A DNA stretch of 58,133 bases, filler included, from Basidiobolus ranarum (lineage: Eukaryota), in NCBI GenBank assembly GCA_040143965.1. It is 6 parts of 6 records of this genome, joined end to end, with 100 filler letters (N's around TTAATTAATTAA, not from the genome) between each part and the next. Parts side by side here need not be neighbours in the genome. Positions count along the whole stretch, not along the records: positions 9,726 to 19,341 come from JASJQH010000800.1; positions 19,442 to 29,054 come from JASJQH010000801.1; 4 more parts are not named here. One strand, written 5' to 3'. This document shows, piece after piece, positions 11,660 through 23,288 of the stretch. Within the stretch, counting starts at the first letter, position 1, and each line of letters opens with the position of its first letter. The position numbers and the translations under genes were made by a program. Under the pieces are notes generated by a model. That model was not told the origin of the DNA, made no database searches, and was given only the letters and a program-made list of their open reading frames with translations.

Positions 11660-11854
11660 TCACAGAGAAGTTAACACTATGCTACTAAAACAAGAAATCA
11701 CAACATTTGAACGATCAACATGAACCAAGTTGTACTCCTGAGGGTAGCAGACAAACACCATGCAACCATTGGAGCCATTGTTGCATTGTCTACCAGCCTC
11801 AATGAGACCAACCCCAATCACCATGGAAAGAACAGCAAAGTAGGTGAAGTGCAT
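11660..11854 (-). CDS. Possible small secreted Cys-containing peptide (64 aa) or decayed gene
   Basis: From ATG 11854: MHFTYFAVLSMVIGVGLIEA-GRQCNNGSNGCMVFVCYPQ... Signal-peptide-like start and a TATATA ~70 nt upstream. Lies in CpG-poor DNA. Confidence 0.35.
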   Translation of the reverse strand: MHFTYFAVLSMVIGVGLIEAGRQCNNGSNGCMVFVCYPQEYNLVHVDRSNVVISCFSSIVLTSL

Positions 11855-13851
11855 TCTAGAAGAGCAGTAGTGTAGTAACAAAAAAGTGTGAAGTGTAGTA
11901 AGATGGATTTCCATATGAGCCATATATAATATCAACGCTGCTCCAAATATGAGTGAGACTGCCCCAGTGTATTCACATTGCATCAAGGCTGTATGTAAGC
12001 TTGCTGTTGATCTATATATCCATTTGGTTGCTCAATTGAATATAATTCCTTTGTCAATTTCAGGTTGGATATGCTACCAACTTGGAGCAGCAATTTATCA
12101 GGTAATTCACTCATCAACGTTCAACTTTTTAGTAAGCAAATGATTTCTCCTACGCACAGATTCAGTATTAAATGTTAATTTGGATCAAATCTTGCTACTT
12201 AAATGTGATAAAGCTGAGATTAGAGTAGTAACGAGGATGGTTGCTCCATTGTTTAGTGCCCGTATCAATTCTCTCACATACTCTTCCAGAATAAACAATG
12301 ACCTTCCTATAGCGTGCACACAGTAGAGGTGAGTAATGGAATTATAATTCTGATATTATTATAATTTGGAAGGGTATTTACCATCAAGAGACCTTGAATA
12401 CATGATCCTTTCGCAACAAATAGTCTTCGTAACAAATAATTGACTGAGGTGCTCAAAGTATTGAACTTAATCTATAGCTCCATTAACTTAGCTCTCAGTA
12501 ACATGCGTACCTAGAACTTGTGATATTTATAAATTGTTGAAGAACAATATATAGAGCATCATTTTTAAATGAATACTAATAACTGGTGTCGATGTAGATT
12601 TATTGTTAATACAGTAAGCCAAGTAATTATTTAATAGAATCTTCAATCGAATCTTCTCTAGTGGAAGGCCATGTAAGCGTTTAGTATGCGCTAGTAATGC
12701 TTGTAAATAAGATAACATGATTTGGTTTATTTATCCAATTCCGATTCTTCGTGCTTCTTTCTCAGTAATAACTATTAGCTTGAATATATATAACGCTCTG
12801 CTATATATGCCTCTCCCAGTATAGAGTATATTATGAAAATGCCAGGACAAGAGATCACTCTAGAAATCACTTTCAATGCATAAATTGCTAAAACAACATC
12901 TTTATTATTTATGCAAAGTTTTAATTTTTATAGTTGGTTTGAATTCTGATAATATGGTAAACCCCTATTCATTATATTATATTATATATTGATTGAGAAT
13001 GGCACACACAATTAATGTGAAGCACGCATTGATAATGGTTGAAAGTATACCGTAAACAGCTTGGCACTTATAAAGTATGGTATTTGGAAATATTCGACAC
13101 TGCATGGAACGTTGAGCTTTAACCGTAGCTAATTATATTCTATGTCCTTGATGAGCAAAAAATCCTATGCTTACTGTTTGTGGTAATTTCAGCGGAATAT
13201 GCGTAACTGCCAACCCTAACCCTAGCTGAATTATATCAAGAAATGGCGAGATTATTGATATACTAACCAAGAGTTTTTACAGATTGTAGTCAATTTTGTT
13301 CTTGAACTGGGTGGCGTTACGTATGGCTAATCCTACCTGCTATTCATAACAACAATCTCAAGTACAATTATAATCACAGTCAATGGATTATAGATCTAAA
13401 TTATCTTAAATGGTGGTGCCTGTAAAAATGAATACTAGCCCCGTTGTGAAGATCTAACTGAAGATCGATGTAACAAAGGAGTAATTCTGTTAAAGCCAAG
13501 AATATTACAACCATGCATGGAGCACTTGTTTTACTCACGCCTCGATTATGTTAACGTGTCAGTTGCAGTTACAAGGGTTGATATTTAAGCAAATGAAATA
13601 TATTCCATTCATTTACTACTTCATTAATTCAAGCAACAACTAGCCGTTAATATTAACAATAGCCAACTGATGCTAAAAGGTACTCCTCAGCGTAAAACAA
13701 TCAGTGTCTGGCTTTTCAAATTTCTATCTATCCTCTCGGTCCTGAATACACTTCATGGTTATTACGCTAGCATTAACATGTGATGGCAAACTGAACTTTA
13801 TTCCTGAGAGAAAATCTTAGATTCAGTACAATGTCCACTAAATTTGGCTCA

Positions 13852-14289
13852 CTAAGCTTCGGGCCACCAATCACTTTTATAGGTGGTGACTCTGCAGTAT
13901 TGCGCACCGCCAGGTTCTTTTGGATCGCAATCTTTTTCTCCACGGTCGGAATGTCTTCCGGTAAATTCATACTGACCAACTTCATCCACAATATGAATAC
14001 TTGCTGATGAGGCGATTCCTCCTATGCACTCAGTAATCCTGAACTTAAAGTTGCCCCAATCACTTCTGACAAACGCCGTGTCACATTGAGCTCCACCTCC
14101 TCCAATATTGGAGTTAGAGCTGCAATGAGCACGAGCTTTCTCACCGGTAGCACTGGTGATCGTAACTGCACAAGTAAGAAATGACCATAGCGGATTCATG
14201 GTTAGGAGTGCCTCGAAAGCTACTTGCTTCCCTTTTGCGGAAACCAAAGAGCAGAAAACAAATACTGGTAGAGCCTTCAGAAGATACAT
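13852..14289 (-). CDS. Small secreted Cys-containing protein, copy 1 (145 aa)
   Basis: Signal peptide ending VSA; six Cys in the mature part (C40, C56, C69, C88, C121, C132); intronless; TATAAAAA ~50 nt upstream; near-identical copy 1987 nt away. Confidence 0.9.
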   Translation of the reverse strand: MYLLKALPVFVFCSLVSAKGKQVAFEALLTMNPLWSFLTCAVTITSATGEKARAHCSSNSNIGGGGAQCDTAFVRSDWGNFKFRITECIGGIASSASIHIVDEVGQYEFTGRHSDRGEKDCDPKEPGGAQYCRVTTYKSDWWPEA

Positions 14290-15838
14290 GGCGGAAATGA
14301 AACCTTGGATGTGGGCTCTTTACTTTTGTCCCCTACTTTTATATCCTCTCACATTGCAATTTTCATTAATCAATACCCTTGTTGCTCGTACTTTGCATGG
14401 ATAGGTTCTTGGGAATATATCGTTGCTTGACTGAGGGCCCTAGTACTACTGAAGAAAATGAATACATGTCCGGAAATTACAGCCAATAAAAGTTCCACTT
14501 TTCTCACTAACAGCGCAACTAATGGGTGATTTAATGGTGTACAACATCCACAGTACTAGCTAAGACAACTCTTTGGAAAGAATACATGCACTATTGAGAG
14601 TAGTACAATCTATCAACTGTTCAATGCCATTAGTTAGTAACGATGTTCCAAATCATCCAAGTTTTCTAGCATAAAATGATCTAGTTGGGAGTGCTAACCT
14701 AAGCTCCTCAACGCCTCTCCATTTCAGTAAAATAAACCCATACCAAGTATCAGGTTACACTAGCCTTCACTCTATTTAAAAAAAGGGTGGATTGCACGTG
14801 TACAGCACATCACCAATCAACTATTTCTCCCAGTTACCTGTGGTATGTCCTGAAGAAGATAAACAAATTAGTATCTGTAATTAGTATCTGGGCTGAGTTT
14901 ACCAAAAGCGTAGTTCATCAAGTTTGGAGTAAATGAGTTGGTCAAATCTATCCACCTCATTGGTAGTCCAAATGACTGAATGTATATTTAGAGGGTATAG
15001 TAAACGCTCATATTTCAACCTAATGTTTACTGTTTATCTACGATAAAAAACGTGTATCAATCAGGATTTTCATTAGTGCATCAGGAACTCAGTTACCAAA
15101 ATAGCAACTATTGGTCAATGGGAGAACCATATTATATGATAAGTTCAATTGATTTATTATTTATTCCCAACATTTACTTTTGATTCCCAAGACATATGGC
15201 TCAGCAGTAGCAGGTAGTTCGAGGGCAGCATGCAGTTAGAGAGTAGCAGGTAGTTACAGAGTACTAGATCTGGTAGAGATACGAGAGTGGTGTGAAGCTA
15301 TTGTTTGGCTATCCGGTATGGGATTTCCCTTGAAGTTGCCAAAGAGACCTCCATGAATACTGGAATAAAAGCCTCACAAATAGGCCATGGTACAAAAATC
15401 TCCTGAATCAGAAAAGGGTGGCCAGATTTAGCTCGCCTACAATATTCATGACAATAGATCCGAACAATCAGATGATAAAGCAAAAGTATTAACCCAATGG
15501 TACGTCCAATGATGGATTATCATAGAAATGTAATGCCATCATTGGCTAAGAATAAACTTCTGCTATTCACGCGTTGAATCACTAATAAACACAGTATCTA
15601 CTATTGTAAGCAGAAACCAAAAGTAGAAACCGTAACCAGTATACGGGATCTAAGGATGTTGCACAAGGATAGATAACACTGTTACTACATACTGTTAATC
15701 AGTATCCGTAATCCTGCGAAGCAACTCCGCTCTGTAAAAAATATTTTGTAACGCTAACATTATCACATGGTGGCAAACTGATCTTTATTCCTGAGAGAAA
15801 ATCTTGGATTCAGAACAATGTCCACTAAATTTGGCCCA

Positions 15839-16276
15839 CTAAGCTTCGGGCCACCAATCCCTCTTATAGGTGGTGACTCTGCAGTATTGCGCACCGCCAG
15901 GTTCTTTTGGATCGCAATCTTTTTCTCCACGGTCGGAATGTCTTCCGGTAAATTCATACTGACCAACTTCATCCACAATATGAATACTTGCTGATGAGGC
16001 GATTCCTCCTATGCACTCAGTAATCCTGAACTTAAAGTTGCCCCAATCACTTCTGACAAACGCCGTGTCACATTGAGCTCCACCTCCTCCAATATTGGAG
16101 TTAGAGCTGCAATGAGCACGAGCTTTCTCACCGGTAGCACTGGTGATCGTAACTGCACAAGTAAGAAATGACCATAGCGGATTCATGGTTAGGAGTGCCT
16201 CGAAAGCTACTTGCTTCCCTTTTGCGGAAACCAAAGAGCAGAAAACAAATACTGGTAGAGCCTTCAGAAGATACAT
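15839..16276 (-). CDS. Small secreted Cys-containing protein, copy 2 (145 aa)
   Basis: Identical to copy 1 except S139R. Confidence 0.9.
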   Translation of the reverse strand: MYLLKALPVFVFCSLVSAKGKQVAFEALLTMNPLWSFLTCAVTITSATGEKARAHCSSNSNIGGGGAQCDTAFVRSDWGNFKFRITECIGGIASSASIHIVDEVGQYEFTGRHSDRGEKDCDPKEPGGAQYCRVTTYKRDWWPEA

Positions 16277-18386
16277 GGCGGAAATGAAACCTTGGATGTG
16301 GGCTCTTTACTTTTGTCCCCTACTTTTATATCCTCTCACACTGCAATTTTCATTAATCAATACCCTTGTTGCTCGTACTTTGCATGGATAGGTTCTTGTG
16401 AATATATCGTTGCTTGACTGAGGGCCCTAGTACTACTGAAGAAAATGAATACATGTCCAGAAATTACAGCCAATACAAGTTCCACATTCCATGTTAGCGG
16501 CACAGCTAATGGGTGAATATATGGTGTACAACATCTAGAACATAAACTAAGACGACGCATTTGAAAAAATCCCTTCACTCTTGGGGGTAGTACAATCTAT
16601 CAATTCTTCATTGATGTGACATCTCATCCAGGTTTTCTGCCATGAAATAAACTAGTTTGGAATACTAACAAGCTCCTCATCGCATTACTATTTTAGTAAA
16701 ATAAACCCATACCATAGCATCAGGTTACACTGACCCGATGTTACTCACCGTATTTAAAAAAGGGGGTGGATTAACGGTTCGCATGTGTGTAACATGCACC
16801 AATCAATTATTTCTCCCTGTCACCTGCGGTATTTGTCGTGATGGGATTATGTAATTAGTATCTGGGCTGAATTTGCCAGAAGTGAAGTTCGCCAAGTTTA
16901 GAGTGAATGAGTCAGTTGAACTCATCTAAATCCTTGGTACTCCAAATCATTCAAAAACTTGTAGTTACCACATATACTTTATTAATAGCAAAACACTAAA
17001 GCCATTGCTACTCCCCACGTTATAATTGATTTGTGATATGAGTACTTGTTTAAAGCATAACGAAGTTGACAACATTGTCTTGTAAGGCTAACAATAAATA
17101 TTTTACTAAAGTTTAGTCTACTATTGCAGAAACAGGTTAGGCTTACTCTACAATGAGACAAGCAGGGGTATAACAAGGGATCAGATGCCAAGCAAAGATG
17201 CGTTGGTTTATCTGGAAAAAAGTATGTCAGTGCGCGATGCTTTCTTCGGTGTATTGGGATCGGTATCAATGGGAATGGTGGTGTCCACGACCAAGTTATA
17301 CAAAGGACATTAATTAGTGGGGAAATTGGAATCATGTGGAGCATATACTTTTACATCGGCACCTGAGTCATGTTCTAATGCTAAAAGAAAATTCACAGAA
17401 CTACTGACTATTTTGATTACGACAAGTGCTATTTCCTGCTTGTGGTGTAGACTCATCAAAGCTGTGGTTGACTTTTTGCTTTCTAAACTTGTTGTAAAAG
17501 CCAGATACATATTGAGATACTTCTAAAATAGCAAAGAGTCTCATTTACCTGAAAACACACATTTCTTCAGTATGGGGAGTTTAGAAGTTAACATGCATTA
17601 AACAAAATATCATATGTCTGTTGAAGCAAGCATTTGTTCTCTTACTCAACTCCCTTTGACATTCAGGTGTGATGTTATTTCATATTTATCAGCATCTATG
17701 GTACTGTTGAGGCATTTTGCCAGTTTGTTGAAAGTGGCTTAGAGAACTAGAAGAATTGGTGCATTTCACCTATTAATTGGTTCAGTAGAAACTTCACATG
17801 TATACTTTTAGCAAGAGATAAACAAAGTAATTAAGCAAATATGTTAAGGTATGGTCTAGGAACAGGTGTGTAGAGCTTTAGGCTTCTACAACTGGTTTGA
17901 AAAAATATTTGTCAAGAACTCTTAAGTAGGTAAAATATGCTGATTAAATTCCCATTCAGATTAAAAGGAGCTCTGCTGTATCCAAGAGAACATAAATCAA
18001 AAGTCTTGTATTAGGGTATAAATATTCTGGTAAGCGTAAGGGAGGGTAGGGATGAAAAGAGGGGGTCTAGTGCATGCAGTCCTTTCAGTATAAAAAGAAA
18101 GCAGGGGGTATGAGCGAAGCAATCCCACATGTAAAAAAAGAAAGCAGTGGGTTTGGGAGATGCAATCCCCCATGTATTCCCTTGTGTCACAATATACTCA
18201 AGTTACTGGTATATGGGAAGAATTGGGCATGCTCAAGTTTTACAAAGGTCAGATCTCCAAACTTTCACACATCTGAGAAAGAGACACTGTTTCCGATATA
18301 TTACACAACCTTTTCTGGATTTTATAATTTTTACAAATTATGAGAAATTTCTCAGATATTTGATACTTTTTAATTTATTATCAATA

Positions 18387-19070
18387 TGGGGAAAAAATGG
18401 GCTATTTGGAGGTACTTTAGAAAAGTGGAGTTCTGAATAGCTTTTTGTGAGATAATTATATATTGTCCAGAAGGAAAGCATTTATATATTTGGATGGAAA
18501 TACAGAAAACTAACACTAAGGTTGTGTTCAGAACATCTGTGGGAGTAAAATGAGTTATCTTTGGGGCAATTTGGATGAGTTTGAAATTTCCAATATCAAA
18601 TTGCTAATTTTCATGTTATTCACATATATATATAATATATGTGTTACAATTCTCAGCTAAGTGATATTTGACTAAGTAATGTTAACTAACTTCTATGTGA
18701 TATATGAAATAGTTAGGTGTATAAAGATAGAGATAACTAATATGATAAAGAAAACAAACTTCAACAATTAATTTGTTAATATACTAGAGTGCTGGAAACT
18801 GTTGAAGTTTATTGTCTTTATCCCCTAACAGAAATTGGAGGATTGTTATTGTAGGAAAACTGTCACAATTTCAATCCATTTGGGATTGACTTTTTGCTTA
18901 CTGTCATATCATTGTCAAGTTAGATTTGATTTTAATCAATTTTTTCAATTTCAGGTGTGAAATTTCAAGATCTCACATAATAGTTGCACATGATTGGCTA
19001 CAATCTCAGAGAGCTATGGATCAAAACTTGTGCAAAAAATGTAACTTAAATTTTACACATTTACCACTTG
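18387..19070. repeat. Dispersed repeat, inverted relative to 9726-10190, with an extra ~240-nt internal segment
   Basis: Direct reverse-complement comparison. The internal segment has a 23-bp inverted repeat (~18744-18766 / 18800-18822). Confidence 0.9.
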
Positions 19071-19341
19071 AATGCTAATTTGGGTTAGGGGGGAGACAGT
19101 CACCAACAGGTGAAATCTTTTTTTCAAACAAAACAAAGAAGCCATAACTACTTTTGTAGTTTCTTAACTAATGTATGGAGATCAGGAGTATTTGTATGAA
19201 TGTTGCAAAGCAGAAAAGTTAAGTCAGTAGAATCTAAGACACTGTTAAGTGGAGTGGGAGGGAGTAACAAAGGTAAAAATGGTTTGTCAACAATGGAAAT
19301 TAGTGGAATGAGACTAGGATTAACATAAAGCATAAAGGGAG

Positions 19342-19441
19342 NNNNNNNNNNNNNNNNNNNNNNNNNNNNNNNNNNNNNNNNNNNNTTAATTAATTAANNN
19401 NNNNNNNNNNNNNNNNNNNNNNNNNNNNNNNNNNNNNNNNN
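19342..19441. other. Artificial contig spacer
   Basis: N44-TTAATTAATTAA-N44. Confidence 0.98.
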
Positions 19442-20402
19442 GAGGGTGCACGTAGTAAATGATAGTCCAGATCGTCCCATTGATATCAACAGGTGCCATG
19501 GGTGGATTCTCGGTCATTTCGGAGTCGGAACCATTTCCCCACCTTTGCATTTGGCCAAGGATTACAAACAAGAGCAAACACGTCAATGACCCTACAACTC
19601 TTTCAATAGAATATCTTATATGTATTTCTCTCGCAACTGACTCCTTAGTATTCGAGACTTTTTCTTTAGTAAAATGATCGGGTATCGTATTCCTCTCTGC
19701 TACCAAGACGAAGTCCTTCTTCAGGAAAAGTTCATCTGACTCTAAGGATACAAACACCGGAGCAACAGATTTCTCAAAGGTGTACAACAATGGAGCGACG
19801 ATACTTATTATTTCAAAATAATGAGAGTTGAAGGGAAACCATCCCGTAGTCCACAAAGCATACGCGTATGATGATATAGCACAAAGCCAATGTAAGATTA
19901 AGATAGTATAGCATACTTTTGTGACAATAGTAGTGTCCCTTGTAACTCGACTCTGGGTGACTGTGAATTTGTGTTGCAAAAGGAGAGGAATATCTTCTTT
20001 ACTGATCTTGGTTATGGCCTCGCACTCTATAGGAAGTTGAATGGTATGTTTGTGAAAGGGGCGCAAAATGGAATTCTTCAATCCTGAGCCATATCCTACA
20101 ATTAGGTCCTTGTCAATGCATGGGGGCTTTCTGGCTCTGGGAATGGCATTAATCCAATATCCTGTTCCATCAAAAGTAGACCTGAGAGCTGACTCGACCT
20201 GGCTGTCCTGATTCCTAGCAAACTTTATCTCTACAAACTGAGTGATGAGATTCCGGATTGGAATGATAGGGAACCAGATGATTTGCGCATATTCTAGGAT
20301 CAGTCCGGATACTGTTGGCTCAGTAGGGATAATTTGCATTCTTGTTAGCAGCACATTTCCCAGATAATATATCCATGTATCTCGTTGGAATATTGTATGC
20401 AT
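19442..20402 (-). CDS. Unknown multi-pass membrane protein, 3'-truncated at the contig end
   Basis: Open frame of about 320 codons in AT-rich DNA with several hydrophobic segments (VCYTILILHWLCAISSYAYALW, YFEIISIVAPLLY, VVGSLTCLLLFVILG). No family recognised; true start uncertain. Confidence 0.75.
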
Positions 20403-21337
20403 ACCGAGTCGGTAATAGTGTGAGGTTTTGTGATGGTCTAAGTATATTATATATAATCGTTGGATTTAGACAATATTTCCATATTATATCATGTGATACG
20501 AGCCTGTAGATTAACATTACTTGATATGTAGAATTGTGATACTATCAGTTCCTGGCTGTGTAAGTATATATATAACTCTTTTAACAGTAACTTATATATA
20601 TACTTCTCAATTAAGCTCTTTTTGCTAATAACATGGCTGTTTTCACAAAATAATCCAAATCTCAAAGATATTATATTATCCAGAAGTAATGCATATTGTC
20701 ACAAGGTAGAGTCACTTCCAGGAGAACATCAGTCAAACACTTTATACTCTGCAACCTAGTCTTGAGCATTGGAATATAATATGGATGTTGGTTAAGCGTA
20801 TGCAAAAACTTACTCGTTGATGACGATACAGGGCGTATACCCCACCCCACAGTAATTAACCAATTCTGGATAGAACTAACCGAAATAAGTAAGAACAAGT
20901 GTAGTAATGGACCTATGGTTCATTCAATATTATATTAGCTGACTTAGAGTTTAATCTTACCAATCCAATTGAAGGCTGTATAATATTATTGGTGAAAGAG
21001 TATTTAATTATACTACATTTCTGAGGGATTCTTATCTACAGTATACAGTCGTCCCTGCCAAACAATGAAGATTTATTATTCAGGAAAGGGGATTTTTGTT
21101 CAAATATACAAAATTGCATGGGAAAGCCAAAGTGTCTGTAGGACTAGAAGTTTGCTTTAGATAAGCGCTACAGAGATACGAACTAAAATATAGATAACTG
21201 ATACAAGATAACTCCATAATCTCAACACTCTTAACACTTGCTTGTTGGTGAAATAAACTTGTCCAAGATCCGTCAAATTCTTAATGCAATATAATCCAGC
21301 CTCAACTAACCAATTGTACATATATACTTGACCCAAA

Positions 21338-21642
21338 TGTTAAAGTATTTGGGAGCCTGTTGGAAGTGGTTTGGAGAATTAGAGAAATTGGTGGTTTTCA
21401 CTTATTGAGTTGACATTTATAGTTTTGTCAAGATGTAAACAAACTAATGTGTAGAATGTGTTAAGGAAGGTCCCAGGAATATGTGTGCAAAGTTTGGGGC
21501 TTCTTTGAAAAATCTATATATCTGAGAACTTCTTAGTAAATTCCTCATGAGAATAATGAGTACTATCTTAGTTCAATATAAGATAACTAAATACTAAGCT
21601 ATATGTGACTATATAGGTGCTTAGGCAATGCTAATTTCAACA
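21338..21642. mobile_element. Two-module LTR/MITE-like repeat (module A 21338-21503, module B 21504-21642)
   Basis: A starts TGTTAAAG. B is bounded by TTGAAA...TTTCAACA. Both recur at 48551-48856 and, more diverged, at ~32700-32902. Confidence 0.75.
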
Positions 21643-23190
21643 ATTTTAGAGTAAATTGCTCGTTTGGTTTTAACAATCCACCTTCAATAACAGGAGACAA
21701 CATAAAATTTCTTCCAGCAAAAAGTAGCTTATATAAGTTGCAGCATGGAACCAACGAAGAGACGTTGTCATCTTGAAAATGCACGAAAAAGTTGATGAGC
21801 ACCAGTAGATATTACAAAACTTCAATGATTACATCTATTCCATTTGAATAAAGACCATCAAATTTTGGTCAAGTGGTATTTGTAAACTACTTGACAGACC
21901 AGCCCAGACTGAGCTAAAATCAGCGCCAATGAGTATATGCTGCTTAGTTGGCCACATATATACTACAATATCTGGCTACTACAATGGAACATCAGCAATG
22001 TTGATATGAAAATAGTGAGCCTAGTGATGTGTACCTTGAAGCAGTTCTAAGTATATATGGCATAATACAATATATGAGCTTTGATGTTCACTATTGTAGC
22101 CACATATAAAGTTCCTGTTGTAGTCAGAATATGGCGAATAAAGATATATTATTTGGATAAAATTCCAATAATCATGTATAGAACTGAGTAATACAAACAA
22201 ATTGATAAAATTCAAGCGTAGAATAAAAACTTCATAATCCCATCATTTGTGCTTTTCTCATCTAAGTGCTTTCTTTTCCTTGGTCAATCAATGCAAAAAA
22301 GCCTTCCAAATGCTCCATATCACTCGCAAGTCTACACCATGAGGTGCAGGCCAGTTGAACATGTATGAGCGAAGATTCACAACCATATAGTACTTGTTAC
22401 ATTTTTAACCACCGGCGGTGCAATTATTTGGATAGACTACAAGTTTCTAACCACTCTGCATGTAACATCAAGACCTGGTAAAAATGGTGAGGCAAAAGTT
22501 AAAGGATTAAAACTAAAAATGCTTCAACCATGGAAATAAGCATTTGGCATGCATGCACAAAAATACTTCAATCTTGATGTTTTGTTGTTTGGCACTCAAT
22601 AACTAGTGTGGAATAGCAGATTTATGTATTTCACTCTAAGCGACTTACTGAAAATGGGCTCATTACTCTTGCCTTCGACGTCGCGTATCAAGGATAAGTG
22701 CTGGTGACTAGAAGGTCTCTCTCAATGTACAGGGGATATGAAAAGCGCGGTAATCTCTAAGCGAAGTAGCTCTTGATGGCATTTTTACTGTTATCATGGT
22801 TAGTACAGTCTGCACAGGGGAAATGATTCGGATTCTCTACTTTTAATCTGAAAGTTGATTAGTACAAAACTCATCGCAGCCAGAATCCTAGAAGTACTAA
22901 CACATATGCAACTATGAGTACTGATCTCTTGGAGAAATACTCTACATTCGCAACTTGATTTCGCCGATGCGTGGGCGATTGGAGTAACGGAAGCAGTCAC
23001 TTGTTACCTTTGCGAGGGTGTAGTCTAGCTTTCCAAGAAGCCAAAAGAACTCTGCCCTACTGAATGAAAAATACACACGCCCCTTAATGAGGAATCGATT
23101 TCCAAGCTGGTAAACCTCATCCAGTAGTACTTCTGTTAAACAAGATTTTTACGGAGCAAATTTGTAGTAATGTAGATTGAAATTTTTCCC

Positions 23191-23288
23191 AAGTGGAATC
23201 ATTCAAAGCTTCACTGCCTTCTGAAGTATACTGTTACAAAAGTGGAATCATTCAAAGCTTCACTGCCTTCTGAAGTATACTGTTACAA
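23191..23288 (+). repeat. Perfect 49-bp tandem duplication
   Basis: AAGTGGAATCATTCAAAGCTTCACTGCCTTCTGAAGTATACTGTTACAA at 23191-23239 and 23240-23288. Confidence 0.95.

Larger units (their letters stand above)
13762..16950. repeat. Direct segmental duplication, ~13762-14972 vs ~15747-16950
   Basis: Colinear sequence covering 3' flank, CDS and ~670 nt upstream; almost identical up to ~14498/16485, clearly diverged beyond. Confidence 0.95.

Noticed and set aside
14156-16391. Duplicated plus-strand 82-aa ORFs and alternative-frame 71-72-aa ORFs
   Set aside because: Shadows of the duplicated secreted gene; their conservation follows from the DNA duplication.
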